The notes under the pieces: model-generated
Told to the model about the DNA's origin: nothing
What the model saw: only the letters and a program-made list of their open reading frames with translations
Databases searched by the model: none
Program-made: the position numbers and the translations under genes
Assembly (NCBI GenBank): GCA_039803745.1
Contig: JBDRZD010000002.1
Span: 1-47,578 of the forward strand
DNA length: 47,578 nt
Source: a candidate division WOR-3 bacterium
GTDB taxonomy: Bacteria > Hydrothermota > Hydrothermia > Hydrothermales > Hydrothermaceae
Reading direction: 5' to 3'
In this document: piece by piece, positions 1 to 10,263 of the stretch
Numbering within the stretch: the stretch's first letter is position 1
Layout: each line of letters starts with the position of its first letter

Positions 1-1
1 A

Positions 2-1270
2 TTAAAATTTATCTTCATAGGAAATTTTGGCAACATTCATAAGTTCTTCACCGTATTTTTTTATTGAATTTAAGAAAGATTCAAAGGATATGAAAGGATA
101 AATTTTTAAGAAAAAGGATATGGCTGATATATTAATTCCACTTCTTATGTTTTTAAATTTTCTAAAATTTCTTTTCTCACCATCTATTTCTTTTATACTC
201 TCATCTGCTATTATTTTTGTTTTCCATTTTTTTAATTTATCTTTAATTCTTAAATATCCATCAGTTGAAGTGATTATTACAAAATCAGGATTTTCAATTC
301 CTGTATAATTTATTTCTTTTTCTGAAAATATGAGTTCGCTTGTAGAAAAACCGGAACTTACTGTAATAGGATTATCATTTTTCTGGGTTACATAAAACCC
401 TGATAAAATTGCTGACTTTGCTAAAATTTCTCCTGAAAATTGGACTCCTTCTCCTGCACTCCCTGCAATTAATATTGAAAAATCTCTTTTTAAAAGAGGC
501 TCATAATCTTTTGGAATAAAAAAGAGGCTAATTTCTTTTGGCTCTCTTTCTTTTTTTTCAAAAATATACTCCCTTTCTTCTTTTTTTATTATCCCCTTTT
601 TCTTTCCTTCTTTTTGCAAAATTTCTTGAAGCACATTTAAATCAATTTTATTGAATCTCGCTCCATAACCTGTGCATATTTCAATAATTTCAATAAGGGA
701 AAAACCTTTAAGGGAAATTGCTTCTTTTAATATATCTTTTAAATTTTTATCCTGTGCAAAACATCTTGCTAAAAAAGGGGCATTTGCTGAAGAAAGTAAA
801 GAAATTATATCAAGTGAAGGGAAAGGATTACCTTCTGGAGTTGTCCTTGTTATAAATTTTTCAGGTGTAAATGCAGAGTGTTGACCACCTGTCATTCCAT
901 ATAGAAAATTATTATGTAACAAAACTTTAATATCAATATTCATCCTTGCAGCCTCAACAATATGTAAAAGACCAATTGTTGCTCCACCATCTCCTATTAA
1001 AACAATTACCTTTAAATCATCACCTTTAACATTTTCTGCCATCTTGATCCCTGCTGCTACTCCGGTACTCCTTCCATGTAATGTATGAACTGAATGGGTT
1101 TTAAAATATCTATCAGCAAGACCAACACATCCTATATCAGTAATTATTACGCATTTTAAAGGGTCTATATTTAATTCCTCTAAACTTTGTGCAAGTGCTC
1201 TAAGGACAAGTGGATGACCACAACCTTTACAATAGGGCAATTTTAATTCAGTTTTAAAAAATCTATCCAT
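2..1270 (-). CDS. 2-oxoacid:ferredoxin oxidoreductase beta (TPP-binding) subunit with a fused C-terminal gamma-like (POR) domain
   Basis: 422 aa. The N-terminal CKGCGH and LIGDGGATIG...HNNFLYGMTGGQ signature is typical of OFOR beta subunits. After a Lys/Glu-rich linker comes a ~170-aa segment (LIAGSAGEGVQFSGEILAKSA...) resembling the OFOR gamma domain. Overlaps the alpha gene by 8 nt. Confidence 0.8.
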   Translation of the reverse strand: MDRFFKTELKLPYCKGCGHPLVLRALAQSLEELNIDPLKCVIITDIGCVGLADRYFKTHSVHTLHGRSTGVAAGIKMAENVKGDDLKVIVLIGDGGATIGLLHIVEAARMNIDIKVLLHNNFLYGMTGGQHSAFTPEKFITRTTPEGNPFPSLDIISLLSSANAPFLARCFAQDKNLKDILKEAISLKGFSLIEIIEICTGYGARFNKIDLNVLQEILQKEGKKKGIIKKEEREYIFEKKEREPKEISLFFIPKDYEPLLKRDFSILIAGSAGEGVQFSGEILAKSAILSGFYVTQKNDNPITVSSGFSTSELIFSEKEINYTGIENPDFVIITSTDGYLRIKDKLKKWKTKIIADESIKEIDGEKRNFRKFKNIRSGINISAISFFLKIYPFISFESFLNSIKKYGEELMNVAKISYEDKF

Positions 1271-2372
1271 TTTTTTTAATAACTTCTATTATCTCTGAAG
1301 GTGAAATTAAATCACCTATTTTATTTATTTTGATGACTTCTTTATTTTCTAAAATCCCTGACATTTTCAATACATCAGCATACTGTCCTGTAAGATTTTC
1401 CTCCACAACAAAAATTTTTTTATATTTTTTAAGAGTCTCTTTCATAAAAATAGAAGGAACAGGATAAAGGAGTTTCATTATGAGCACACCAACTTCATTC
1501 TTAAGTTTTTTATAAGCATCAATAACACTTTTTGAAGTTACACCATAAGTAATAACAAGATTTTCTTTTCCTTCATAATATTCATAAATATTAAATTTCT
1601 CTATATTTTTTACAATTTTCTCATTTAAATGTTTTAAAACTTCTATTACTTCTGGATCATCCTTTTTTAAAAATCCTTCTTTATCATGAGCACTACCTGT
1701 TGCCATTATTCTATATTTTCCACCAACAGGAGAAAAAGGAGGAACATCATGAAGTTCTTTAAAATAATAGGTCTTAAAATTCTCCCCGTCAAAATATTTC
1801 CTCTCATGTATTTCAGGAAACTTGATTTCCTCTTTATCTATTGTCTCATAAGTCATCGTTATTTCTTTTTCAGTAAGAAGAATAACAGGAGTTCTTAAAA
1901 TTTCTGAAACATTTATTGAATGAACTGTTGTATAAAAGGCATCTTTAATAGAAGAAGGTGAAAAAACAGGGATGGAATATCCACCTGAATTTGAGAAAAT
2001 TGAAAAAAGCAAATCACCCTGAGAGGAAGATGTTGCTGCACCAGTTGAAGGTCCCATCCTTTGACAAAGAACAATTAATACGGGTGTTTCCGTCATGAGC
2101 GCATAACCTATGCTTTCTATCATTAAAGAAAAGCCAGGTGCAGAAGTTGCTGTCATTGATTTTAATCCCCTCATTGATGCACCTATACAATAGGAAATTG
2201 CACTAATTTCATCTGATGCACCGACTGCGAATCCACCAACTTTTGGCAAATTTTCAATCATATAAGCATATATTCCACTTGCAGGCGTTATTGGATAACC
2301 TGCATAAAATCTAATACCACCCTTTATTGCAGAAAAACCTATTGCTTCTCCTCCTGAAATAAATGTTTTCAT
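1263..2372 (-). CDS. 2-oxoacid:ferredoxin oxidoreductase alpha subunit
   Basis: 369 aa. The N-terminus GGEAIGFSAIKGGIRFYAGYPITPAS is typical of POR_N/alpha subunits. ATGA-type overlap with the upstream DUF488 gene. Confidence 0.85.
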   Translation of the reverse strand: MKTFISGGEAIGFSAIKGGIRFYAGYPITPASGIYAYMIENLPKVGGFAVGASDEISAISYCIGASMRGLKSMTATSAPGFSLMIESIGYALMTETPVLIVLCQRMGPSTGAATSSSQGDLLFSIFSNSGGYSIPVFSPSSIKDAFYTTVHSINVSEILRTPVILLTEKEITMTYETIDKEEIKFPEIHERKYFDGENFKTYYFKELHDVPPFSPVGGKYRIMATGSAHDKEGFLKKDDPEVIEVLKHLNEKIVKNIEKFNIYEYYEGKENLVITYGVTSKSVIDAYKKLKNEVGVLIMKLLYPVPSIFMKETLKKYKKIFVVEENLTGQYADVLKMSGILENKEVIKINKIGDLISPSEIIEVIKKNG

Positions 2373-2821
2373 TTTATTACAAATTCTTTCCCTTTTTCTA
2401 AGATATCTATAACTTCAAACCCTTTTTCTTTCAATTTTTTTGCAATGAATTTTCTATGGCATCTCCAGAAAAATCTTTCTGCACAGAAAAAAATAGTTCT
2501 TCCTGTTTTTTGAATTTCTGTAAGTTTTGCAATACCTTCTTCAAAATTTTTTGTCTTCATATATTCTATATAAGAACCAAAAGGAATATTACTTTTACCT
2601 CCTCTTTTACCCCCAAGAAGTTCACCGAGCCATATATAATTAATTCCATTTTCTTTGAGTTTTTTTTCAATATAATTTTTATTAAAATGGGGAAATTTTT
2701 TTGAAAAAGGAAATCTTCTAACATCAACAGCATTTTTTATATTGCAATTTTTTAAAATTTCAAGAAACTCGTCAAAATTCCTATTTGAATGACCTGTTGA
2801 AAATACTCTTTTATCACTCAT
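2369..2821 (-). CDS. DUF488 family protein
   Basis: 150 aa. STGHSNRNFDEFLEIL...VDVRRFPFSKKFPHF...GINYIWLGELLGGKR matches the DUF488 pattern. Confidence 0.7.
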   Translation of the reverse strand: MSDKRVFSTGHSNRNFDEFLEILKNCNIKNAVDVRRFPFSKKFPHFNKNYIEKKLKENGINYIWLGELLGGKRGGKSNIPFGSYIEYMKTKNFEEGIAKLTEIQKTGRTIFFCAERFFWRCHRKFIAKKLKEKGFEVIDILEKGKEFVIK

Positions 2822-3117
2822 TTTATATTTTTAAGGATTATATCTGGATCTATTTCTGTAACCACTTCCATTTCCTCCTGTGGTTCAAGTCTAAATTCAC
2901 CTTCTTTTTGAGATAAAAGCAGTGAAGATTTATCCAAAATTTCTTCTGGTTTAACAAAAGTTTTACTTATTTTAGCATTAACTATTTTCCCTTCTTTAAA
3001 GTATATTTCTCCTTCTTTCTTTCCTTTTATTATTAAAACACCTGATTTATTAACTCTTTTAACAAACCTCAAAATATCCTGTATTCTTATGTCCCTTAAA
3101 TCTCCTATAAGAGCCAT
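2818..3117 (-). CDS. DUF4388 (PATAN-like) domain protein
   Basis: 99 aa. LIGDLRDIRIQDILRFV...SGVLIIKGKKEGEIYFKEGKIVNA fits the DUF4388 pattern. Sits directly downstream of the response regulator and histidine kinase. Confidence 0.6.
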   Translation of the reverse strand: MALIGDLRDIRIQDILRFVKRVNKSGVLIIKGKKEGEIYFKEGKIVNAKISKTFVKPEEILDKSSLLLSQKEGEFRLEPQEEMEVVTEIDPDIILKNIK

Positions 3118-3132
3118 TTTTTTCTCTCCTTT

Positions 3133-3516
3133 TTATTTTACACCGAGAATTTCTTTTATTTTATTTATAAATTCTAAAAGAGAAAATGGTTTCTCAAAAT
3201 ATGCTTTTACACCGAGTTTTTTTGCTTCCTCCCTTACTTCCTCTGTCCCATAGGCAGTCATAAGAATTGTTGGAATTTTTAAAGACATTTTATTTACTCT
3301 TCTTATGAGATCGAGCCCGTCTACGGTTCCCGGCAATTTCAAATCTGTTATAAGTAAATCGAACTCCTTCTCCTCTATTTTTTTAAGCGCATCTTCACCC
3401 TTATCACAAACCACCACTTCAAAATCTCCTGAAGCAGTAAAAAGGACTTCATAGAGGGTCAGAGCAAGCGTCTTCTCATCTTCCACTATCAAGATCCTTT
3501 TAACTTCTTTTTTCAT
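3133..3516 (-). CDS. single-domain response regulator (CheY-like receiver)
   Basis: 127 aa. ILIVEDE, DLLITDLKLPG (phospho-acceptor Asp), MTAYG and KPF motifs. No output domain. Confidence 0.9.
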   Translation of the reverse strand: MKKEVKRILIVEDEKTLALTLYEVLFTASGDFEVVVCDKGEDALKKIEEKEFDLLITDLKLPGTVDGLDLIRRVNKMSLKIPTILMTAYGTEEVREEAKKLGVKAYFEKPFSLLEFINKIKEILGVK

Positions 3517-3526
3517 AAAACCTCCT

Positions 3527-5218
3527 TTAAATTTTTAAAGGTATTTTTATCTTAAAAATGGTTCCTTTTCCAACTTCACTTTGGACACCAATTTCCCATA
3601 AATGGTATTCTAATATCTTCTTAACTATTGCAAGACCAATACCTACTCCTTTTGGTTTTGTGGTAAAAAATGGTTCAAATATTTTATCTATATCTTCTTT
3701 TTTAATACCAATCCCATTATCTTCAACTTCTACAATAATAAAATTATCTTCTTTATAGCCTCTTATTATTATAAAACCTCTTTTTTCTATTGCATGCGCG
3801 GCATTTGAAATTAAATTTATGAAAACTTCCTTAATTCTATCCTCATCAAGTAAAATTTCAGGCAAGTTTTTATCAATCTCAACTTTTACTTCTATATCCT
3901 TACCTTCAAAAAAACCTTTTGATAAAGTTATCGCCTTTTCAATTACCTCTTCTATTTTTCTTTTTTTAAAATCTAATTTTAATGGTTTTACATATTCTAA
4001 TACATTTGAAAGATTTTTGAGGCCCTTCTCTATCTCCTCTCTAATTATCTTTGCTGTCTCACAAATTTTTTCTTCGGAGGATTTTAAAAGAATAAATTCG
4101 CTCATCGCAGATATCCCTGAAAGAAGATTTTTAATCTCATGAATAATGACTGAACTCATTTGACCAATAAGAGCAAATTTTTCAGATTTTATAAGTTCTC
4201 GCGTCTTTTCTTTAACTATTTCCTCCATTTCATTTATATACCTTGTGAGCTCTTCATAATATTTGGCATTCTGATAAGATAATGAAAAGGTATTAATTAG
4301 CAAATTTGTCATAAAAACTTCGCTGCGAGTAAATTCTTTTTCCCTTCCTATATCTATAATTCCGATAAGATTTTGCTCCCAGAGAACAGGAACAGCCATT
4401 TCACTTTTTATCCCTTCTATTCCTTTTACATATTCCTTTGATAAGTTAATATCATTAACATAAATTGTCTCTTTTTTTAATGCACATGTTCCCACAAGTC
4501 CTTCTCCTATTAAAAATTGGGTATTAATAGGAGTAATTCCTTCAATAGGGGTATGATAATCAAAAAGATAAAGTATGTCTCCTTTTCTTTCAAAAAATGC
4601 GGTATAAATACTCCCGAGTTTCTCACAAAGTAGTTTAAGAAAGAGTTTTACAATCTCTTCTTTTTTAAAAGGTTTATTTATTTGAAGTGAGATTTCATAA
4701 GCAGCTTCAAAATCAGCCTTTCTTCTTTCATTTTCTTTCAAAAGTTTTATATTAGATATAGATACACCAAGAAAATCGGAAAGTATCCTTAAAAATATTA
4801 TGTCTTCAAGTTTAAAAGCTTTTGAGATTTCTGACTCAATACCCAAAAACCCCTCTATTTTGTCCCATCTTTTTATAGGTATCCACAGTGCACTTCTTGC
4901 TCTCTCTGAAAAGGGAAAATACTCATATTTTTTATCTTTTAAATCTTCTATATAAATATATTCCCTTTTCTTTTTTATTTCTGAAAAAAATTTTTCATTC
5001 TTGTAGATATTTTCCCTATCTAAAAATTCAATTGGTTTAAATTCATCCTCTTCAATTTCAAATATATTCATCCATACTATATGGGGAATGAACGTCAATG
5101 CAGAAGCTTTTATAAATCTCATGGTTTTAGAAAGATCAAAAGCCCCGGTAATCTCCCTTGAAAGAGAAAGGAGAAGTTGCATTCTGAAATCAAGAGGTAT
5201 ACTCATTTCATTACCCAA
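3527..5218 (-). CDS. cytoplasmic sensor histidine kinase (tandem GAF-like regions + HisKA + HATPase_c)
   Basis: 563 aa. H-box SVIIHEIKNLL, N-box LINLISNAAHA, G-boxes DNGIGI and GVGIGLAIV. The N-terminal ~330 aa are GAF-like and no TM helices are visible. Confidence 0.85.
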   Translation of the reverse strand: MGNEMSIPLDFRMQLLLSLSREITGAFDLSKTMRFIKASALTFIPHIVWMNIFEIEEDEFKPIEFLDRENIYKNEKFFSEIKKKREYIYIEDLKDKKYEYFPFSERARSALWIPIKRWDKIEGFLGIESEISKAFKLEDIIFLRILSDFLGVSISNIKLLKENERRKADFEAAYEISLQINKPFKKEEIVKLFLKLLCEKLGSIYTAFFERKGDILYLFDYHTPIEGITPINTQFLIGEGLVGTCALKKETIYVNDINLSKEYVKGIEGIKSEMAVPVLWEQNLIGIIDIGREKEFTRSEVFMTNLLINTFSLSYQNAKYYEELTRYINEMEEIVKEKTRELIKSEKFALIGQMSSVIIHEIKNLLSGISAMSEFILLKSSEEKICETAKIIREEIEKGLKNLSNVLEYVKPLKLDFKKRKIEEVIEKAITLSKGFFEGKDIEVKVEIDKNLPEILLDEDRIKEVFINLISNAAHAIEKRGFIIIRGYKEDNFIIVEVEDNGIGIKKEDIDKIFEPFFTTKPKGVGIGLAIVKKILEYHLWEIGVQSEVGKGTIFKIKIPLKI

Positions 5219-5715
5219 AAATTTTTATAGATTATTTCTGATATAAACAATCCAATTCCTGCACCTGCAACAGTATCTGTAAACCAATGTTTCCTTAAAT
5301 AGATCCTTGAAAAAGAAACGGTAAAAGCCCATAAGAAAAGTGGAATTTTATATTTTTTCTCAATTTTTGAAAAAGAATTTGCAAAGGCAAAGGCTGTCGC
5401 CGCATGTCCTGAAGGAAAGGAAGAATTCCATCTCGAAGAATTTCCTTCAGGTCTTTCTCTATTTGTAATTCCTTTTAAAATATAAGTAATAGCAGAAGTT
5501 AAAAAGAGAGAAGAACTTGTAATATAAAATGGTTTAAGATCATTTTTAAATATTGTATAAGAATTAATAAATAAAAAATAATTTTCTTTTTCACAGGTAT
5601 TTGATATAAATATCATTAATTTTTTTATTTCCTTATTCATATTTTTTTCAAAAAAAGAATCTATATTATAATCTAAAAAGAAAGAAAAATAAAGAATCAA
5701 AAAAATTTTTATCAT
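5203..5715 (-). CDS. PAP2-family membrane phosphatase
   Basis: 170 aa. KGITNRERP, PSGH and SRIYLRKHWFTDTVAG match the three PAP2 acid-phosphatase motifs. Hydrophobic. Confidence 0.8.
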   Translation of the reverse strand: MIKIFLILYFSFFLDYNIDSFFEKNMNKEIKKLMIFISNTCEKENYFLFINSYTIFKNDLKPFYITSSSLFLTSAITYILKGITNRERPEGNSSRWNSSFPSGHAATAFAFANSFSKIEKKYKIPLFLWAFTVSFSRIYLRKHWFTDTVAGAGIGLFISEIIYKNFWVMK

Positions 5716-6455
5716 CTTCCTATAAAAAGTCTTTCCCCTAAAAAATGGGGTAAATCAGTTTCAAACACTTTCCTTGCTGCTTTTTCAACATCGTACTCAA
5801 ATCTAAAAAATTCCACAGCATAATTTTTTTTATCAAAAATACATAATGAGAGCCTTGGATCACCATCCCTTGGTTGTCCGACACTTCCTGAATTTATTAT
5901 ATATTTTGCATCCCTATCAAGAATATATAAAAACTTTTGATCTTTACATTCAGGATATATTACTTTCAATTTACCTTCTTTAAGTTCAAAAATTAAAGGA
6001 ATATGAGTGTGCCCTAAAAAACATATTTTTTCCTCTAAGAAATTAAAATTGTAAATGGCTTCTTCCACACCAGTTACATATTCCCACTTAAGCGGGGAGG
6101 ATGGTGAGGAATGAACAAGAAAAATTTCATCTATTTTTAAACTTATTTTGAAAGTCTTTAAAAAAATTTTATTTTCAGGAAAAAGTTTTTTTTCAGTCCA
6201 TTCTATTGCCCTCCTTGCATATTCATTAAACAAAAATTTTTCTTCACTCTGTAAAACTGCATAGTCATGATTTCCCATAAGTATATATTTTGAGTTTTTT
6301 CTAACCCAATCCACACATTCATTTGGCTCTGCATTATATCCAACAACATCTCCAAGACACCATATTTCATCAAATTCCATATTTTTTAATCTTTTTTCAA
6401 GTTCTAAAAGGGCATCATAATTTGAATGGATATCAGAAATTATAACTATTTTCAT
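5712..6455 (-). CDS. metallophosphoesterase family protein
   Basis: 247 aa. DIHSN, GDVVGYN, GNHD and GHTH calcineurin-like phosphoesterase motifs. Confidence 0.85.
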   Translation of the reverse strand: MKIVIISDIHSNYDALLELEKRLKNMEFDEIWCLGDVVGYNAEPNECVDWVRKNSKYILMGNHDYAVLQSEEKFLFNEYARRAIEWTEKKLFPENKIFLKTFKISLKIDEIFLVHSSPSSPLKWEYVTGVEEAIYNFNFLEEKICFLGHTHIPLIFELKEGKLKVIYPECKDQKFLYILDRDAKYIINSGSVGQPRDGDPRLSLCIFDKKNYAVEFFRFEYDVEKAARKVFETDLPHFLGERLFIGR

Positions 6456-6880
6456 AATTTACCAAGTTTTTTTGCAACTCTATCAAGAATACCATTTAAA
6501 AACCTGTAAGACTCTTCAGTAGAATATATTTTTGAAATTTCTAAAATATCATTTATTATTTTTTTTGCATCTCCTTCACTAAATAAAAAACTTCCAATTC
6601 CAATTCTTAAAAGAGCAAGATCTACTTTTAAAATCCTTTCTTTATCCCAATTTAAAATATTTTCTTCAATCATTTTGTCAATCACATCTATTGAATTTTT
6701 TATTTTTATTATAATTTCTTTGAGTTTTTCTATCAAATCATCTGTAAGTTTTTTTTCTTTTTTAATTTCCTCAAAAATTAAAACCGGATCATCTCCCATT
6801 ATTTCAAATCTATAAAAAACTTCAAGAAGTATTTCTAAATATCTCAAATTCTTTACATTTTTAGAATTTCTGAAAGGCAT
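6452..6880 (-). CDS. nusB: transcription antitermination factor NusB
   Basis: 142 aa. NWDKERILKVDLALLRIGIGSFLF ... INDILEISKIY...RFLNGILDRV fits the NusB family pattern. Confidence 0.75.
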   Translation of the reverse strand: MPFRNSKNVKNLRYLEILLEVFYRFEIMGDDPVLIFEEIKKEKKLTDDLIEKLKEIIIKIKNSIDVIDKMIEENILNWDKERILKVDLALLRIGIGSFLFSEGDAKKIINDILEISKIYSTEESYRFLNGILDRVAKKLGKL

Positions 6881-7962
6881 TTTATAAGGTATTTGTTATG
6901 GTTTCTCTTTCCAATTGTAATTCTTAAAGCATTGGGGAAAAGGGGACCAATGGGTCTTGCTATAATTCCTCTTTTTAAAAGTTCATTATAAATAAAATTT
7001 GAATCCTTAGGAAATTCTACATATATAAAATTAGTCTGGGATGGTAGGTATTTAAGTCCTAATTTATCAAACTCTTTATATAAAAATTTCTTCTCTTTCT
7101 TAACAAGATTTACAGTTTTTTTAATGAATTCCTCATCTTCAAGAGCATCAATTGCTGCATATTGAGCTAAAAGATTAACATTAAAGGGATATCTCACCCT
7201 ATTTAGAGTTTCAATTATTTCTTCTCTTGCAATCATATATCCTATTCTGAGTCCTGCAAGTCCAACAGTCTTGGAAAGGGTTTTTAAAATGCAAACATTA
7301 GGATATTTTTTATAAAAAGAGAAAGTATCAGGAAAATCAGGTGCATCAACAAACGCATCATATGCTTCATCAAATACGAGCAAAACATTAGAAGGTGCAT
7401 TCTCAACAAGATATTTTGCTTCTTCATGTGTAAAATGTGTTCCTGTTGGATTATTAGGATTACTCATAAAAACTATTTTTGTATTCTGTTTTATTGAATT
7501 CAAAAGTGCTACAGGGTCAACTGCTTTATTTTCTTCTTTTAAAGGAGGTGCAATCTTTTCTGCACCCATTAAATCTGCCACAATATCATATATCGGAAAA
7601 GAGCCTTTACAATAGGCAATAGAATCATTTTCGGTCAAGAAAGCAATTGCAAGTAAATAAATAATTTCAACAGAACCATTTCCTACAAAGATTTCATCCA
7701 TTGAAACACCCCAAATTTCTGAAAGTTTTTTCTTTAAATAAAAGCAGGTATCATCAGGATAGAAATTCAACTCTTTCATCTTTTTTCTAATTACTTTAAG
7801 TGCTTTATAAGATGGGCCTAAAAGATTTTCGTTTGAAGCAAGTTTTATAATATTATCAGGTGAAATTCCTAATTCTCTTGCAACTTCCTCAATTGGCTTA
7901 CCGGGCTTATAGGGTGCAACTCTTTCAAGGCATTTTCTTGCTAATGGATGAATATTTTTCAT
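6853..7962 (-). CDS. hisC: histidinol-phosphate aminotransferase
   Basis: 369 aa. KLASNENLLGP, SNPNNPTG and TLSKTVGLAGLRIGY (PLP-Lys) motifs. Confidence 0.85.
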   Translation of the reverse strand: MKNIHPLARKCLERVAPYKPGKPIEEVARELGISPDNIIKLASNENLLGPSYKALKVIRKKMKELNFYPDDTCFYLKKKLSEIWGVSMDEIFVGNGSVEIIYLLAIAFLTENDSIAYCKGSFPIYDIVADLMGAEKIAPPLKEENKAVDPVALLNSIKQNTKIVFMSNPNNPTGTHFTHEEAKYLVENAPSNVLLVFDEAYDAFVDAPDFPDTFSFYKKYPNVCILKTLSKTVGLAGLRIGYMIAREEIIETLNRVRYPFNVNLLAQYAAIDALEDEEFIKKTVNLVKKEKKFLYKEFDKLGLKYLPSQTNFIYVEFPKDSNFIYNELLKRGIIARPIGPLFPNALRITIGKRNHNKYLIKCLSEILKM

Positions 7963-7965
7963 AAA

Positions 7966-8886
7966 TTACCTCCTGTTTTGCTTCGTTATAGCAATTCTTT
8001 CTTCTTGTTCCTCTTTAATTTTGGCAGAATATATTTCATAAATTATCTTCCTTTTTGCTTCATAAGGTGTTATTTTTTTCCCTTCATACTCAGCTGAACA
8101 GACAAATTCAACTTCTAATTTTTGAAGTTTCTCTTTTATAAAGGAATAAACATCTTCCCAATCCTTACCTCTCATTGAATGATGATCAAGAATAAGAACT
8201 CTAAATTCTTCAATTTCTTTTTTTATATCACCGAGTTTCTCAACCATTTCTTTACATAATCTTTCTCTTTCACTTTTTGAATACATATAAAAAGAGGGAC
8301 CGTCCATAAAAATAATTGTGGGTGTAAGTTTATATAAAATTTCTTTTAAAGAGTTATTTATATAGCCCTGAATATCAGAGGTATAAAAAAAGCCTTCGCT
8401 TCCTTCTTTTATTCCCACTCCAAGCACATAACCCTGTTTTCCACTTCTTCCATGGGGTAAAGGTTTAGAAAAATAAATTTTGACACCATTTTTATCATAA
8501 AACTTACCATCTCCTATTTCAATTTCTATACCCTCTTCTTTTAAAAGAGAAAAAAATTTTTCCCCCCTTATTTTTTGTCTTTTATTAAGGTCATTATAAT
8601 CTTTAAGAAATATCTTCTTACCTTTATAAAGATAAATCTCTCTTGGATTATGATGGTCATAATGATAATGGGTAAAAATTAAAATATCCGCCCTTTTTAA
8701 ATATTCTTTTATAATCTCCCACTTTTCAGAAAGATTTATTATTTCTAAAATATGAGGATAAAAACCCTCTCTTAAAGGACCAAGTGCACAGGAAGGGTCA
8801 ATTAAAATAGAAAATCCATTAACCTCAATGTAAGTGCAAGTGGATCTTACTCCCATTGAATCACTTGCTAAAATTTTTATTCTCAT
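7966..8886 (-). CDS. MBL-fold metallo-hydrolase (UPF0282-like)
   Basis: 306 aa. THYHYDHHNP metallo-beta-lactamase His motif. The N-terminus [15 protein letters not shown] resembles the archaeal UPF0282 type. Confidence 0.6.
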   Translation of the reverse strand: MRIKILASDSMGVRSTCTYIEVNGFSILIDPSCALGPLREGFYPHILEIINLSEKWEIIKEYLKRADILIFTHYHYDHHNPREIYLYKGKKIFLKDYNDLNKRQKIRGEKFFSLLKEEGIEIEIGDGKFYDKNGVKIYFSKPLPHGRSGKQGYVLGVGIKEGSEGFFYTSDIQGYINNSLKEILYKLTPTIIFMDGPSFYMYSKSERERLCKEMVEKLGDIKKEIEEFRVLILDHHSMRGKDWEDVYSFIKEKLQKLEVEFVCSAEYEGKKITPYEAKRKIIYEIYSAKIKEEQEERIAITKQNRR

Positions 8887-9328
8887 ATTCTCTTATCTTC
8901 TCTATTCTTCTTAAATGTCTTCCCCTTTCAAATTGGGTTGTAATGAATTTTTTAACAATTTCAATTGCCTCATAAGGATTTTCTCTGAATTCTTTTGAAC
9001 CTATGCACAAAATATTTGCATCATTATGGGCTCTCGCCAAATAGGCATCTTCAACACTCTTACAAAGAGCCGCTCTTATCCCTTTTACTTTATTAGCACT
9101 TATACTCATCCCTATGCCTGTTAAACATATTAAAATTCCATAATCGGATTCACCTTTTGAAACAGATTCAGACACCTTTATGGCAAAATCTGGATAATCA
9201 CAGATTTCCTCATCACCTGAACCAAAATCAAAAAAAATTATCCCTTCCCCCTCCATTTCTTTTTTTATAAAATTTTTTAAATGAAATCCTCTGTGATCAG
9301 AACCAATCGCTATTTTCACTCCCTTCAT
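8861..9328 (-). CDS. rpiB: ribose-5-phosphate isomerase B
   Basis: 155 aa. [14 protein letters not shown]...[17 protein letters not shown]...[10 protein letters not shown] fits the RpiB/LacAB family pattern. Confidence 0.85.
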   Translation of the reverse strand: MKGVKIAIGSDHRGFHLKNFIKKEMEGEGIIFFDFGSGDEEICDYPDFAIKVSESVSKGESDYGILICLTGIGMSISANKVKGIRAALCKSVEDAYLARAHNDANILCIGSKEFRENPYEAIEIVKKFITTQFERGRHLRRIEKIREYENKNFSK

Positions 9329-10251
9329 TTTATAAAGGTAAGCCAGTTATACTTATCAGGAATTTCAGCATTTACATATGAAAAGAATATTTCCTGCAAC
9401 CTCTTCGTTATGGGACCTCTTTCACCTTTCCCTATAATTATTTTGTCAATACTTCTTATAGGAGTAATCTCAGCAGCGGTTCCTGTAAAGAAAACTTCGT
9501 CTGCTATATACAGGAATTCTCTTGGAATCGGTACTTCCTTTACTTCTATACCTTCATCTTTTGCAATTCTTATCACAGTATCCCTTGTTATTCCAGGTAG
9601 TATACAAGCATCAAAAAATGGAGTATATATAATTCCATCTTTAACTATAAAAATGTTCTCACCTGAACCCTCTGAAACAAACCCATAGGCATCAAGGGCA
9701 ATCCCCTCTGCAAATCCATAAATAACTGCTTCCATTTTAATCAATTGAGCATTTGAATAATTTCCAGCAGCCTTTGCCATTGGAGGAACCGTATTTGGTG
9801 CAATCCTTGTCCAAGAGGAAATCATAACATCCACACCTTTTTCAATTGCTTCGGGCCCTAAATATTTACCCCATTCCCACACAGCAATTGCTACTTCAAC
9901 AGGACAACTAAATGGATTAACTCCTAAATCATAGTAACCTCTATAAACAAGAGGTCTTATATAACATTCTTCAAGTTCATTTGCTTTTATTGTCTCAATA
10001 CAGGCATTCATTATTTCTTCTAAAGAAAAGGGAATTTCCATCCTGTAAATTTTTGCAGAATCAAAAAGTCTTTTAATATGCTCTTTTAATCTAAAAACTG
10101 CAGGTCCCTTTTTTGTTTTATAGCATCTTATTCCCTCAAAAACACAAGAAGAATAATGCAAAGCATGAGTCAAAACATGAACCTTTGCTTCATTCCATGG
10201 AACAAGTTTTCCATTCATCCAAATATATTTTGCCTCTTTAATTTTGGCCAT
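9325..10251 (-). CDS. ilvE: branched-chain amino acid aminotransferase (class IV)
   Basis: 308 aa. [29 protein letters not shown] and [12 protein letters not shown] motifs. Confidence 0.85.
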   Translation of the reverse strand: MAKIKEAKYIWMNGKLVPWNEAKVHVLTHALHYSSCVFEGIRCYKTKKGPAVFRLKEHIKRLFDSAKIYRMEIPFSLEEIMNACIETIKANELEECYIRPLVYRGYYDLGVNPFSCPVEVAIAVWEWGKYLGPEAIEKGVDVMISSWTRIAPNTVPPMAKAAGNYSNAQLIKMEAVIYGFAEGIALDAYGFVSEGSGENIFIVKDGIIYTPFFDACILPGITRDTVIRIAKDEGIEVKEVPIPREFLYIADEVFFTGTAAEITPIRSIDKIIIGKGERGPITKRLQEIFFSYVNAEIPDKYNWLTFIK

Positions 10252-10263
10252 TTTTCCCTCCTT

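Noticed and set aside
9281-9688. 135-aa + strand ORF overlapping the rpiB/ilvE junction. Similar antisense ORFs lie at 18436-18849, 21626-22030, 22685-22963, 23843-24208, 43098-43442 and 46303-46752.
   Set aside because: All lie antisense to, or out of frame with, genes that have strong family motifs. They show biased, repetitive composition typical of shadow frames in AT-rich DNA, and none has a start-site signal.
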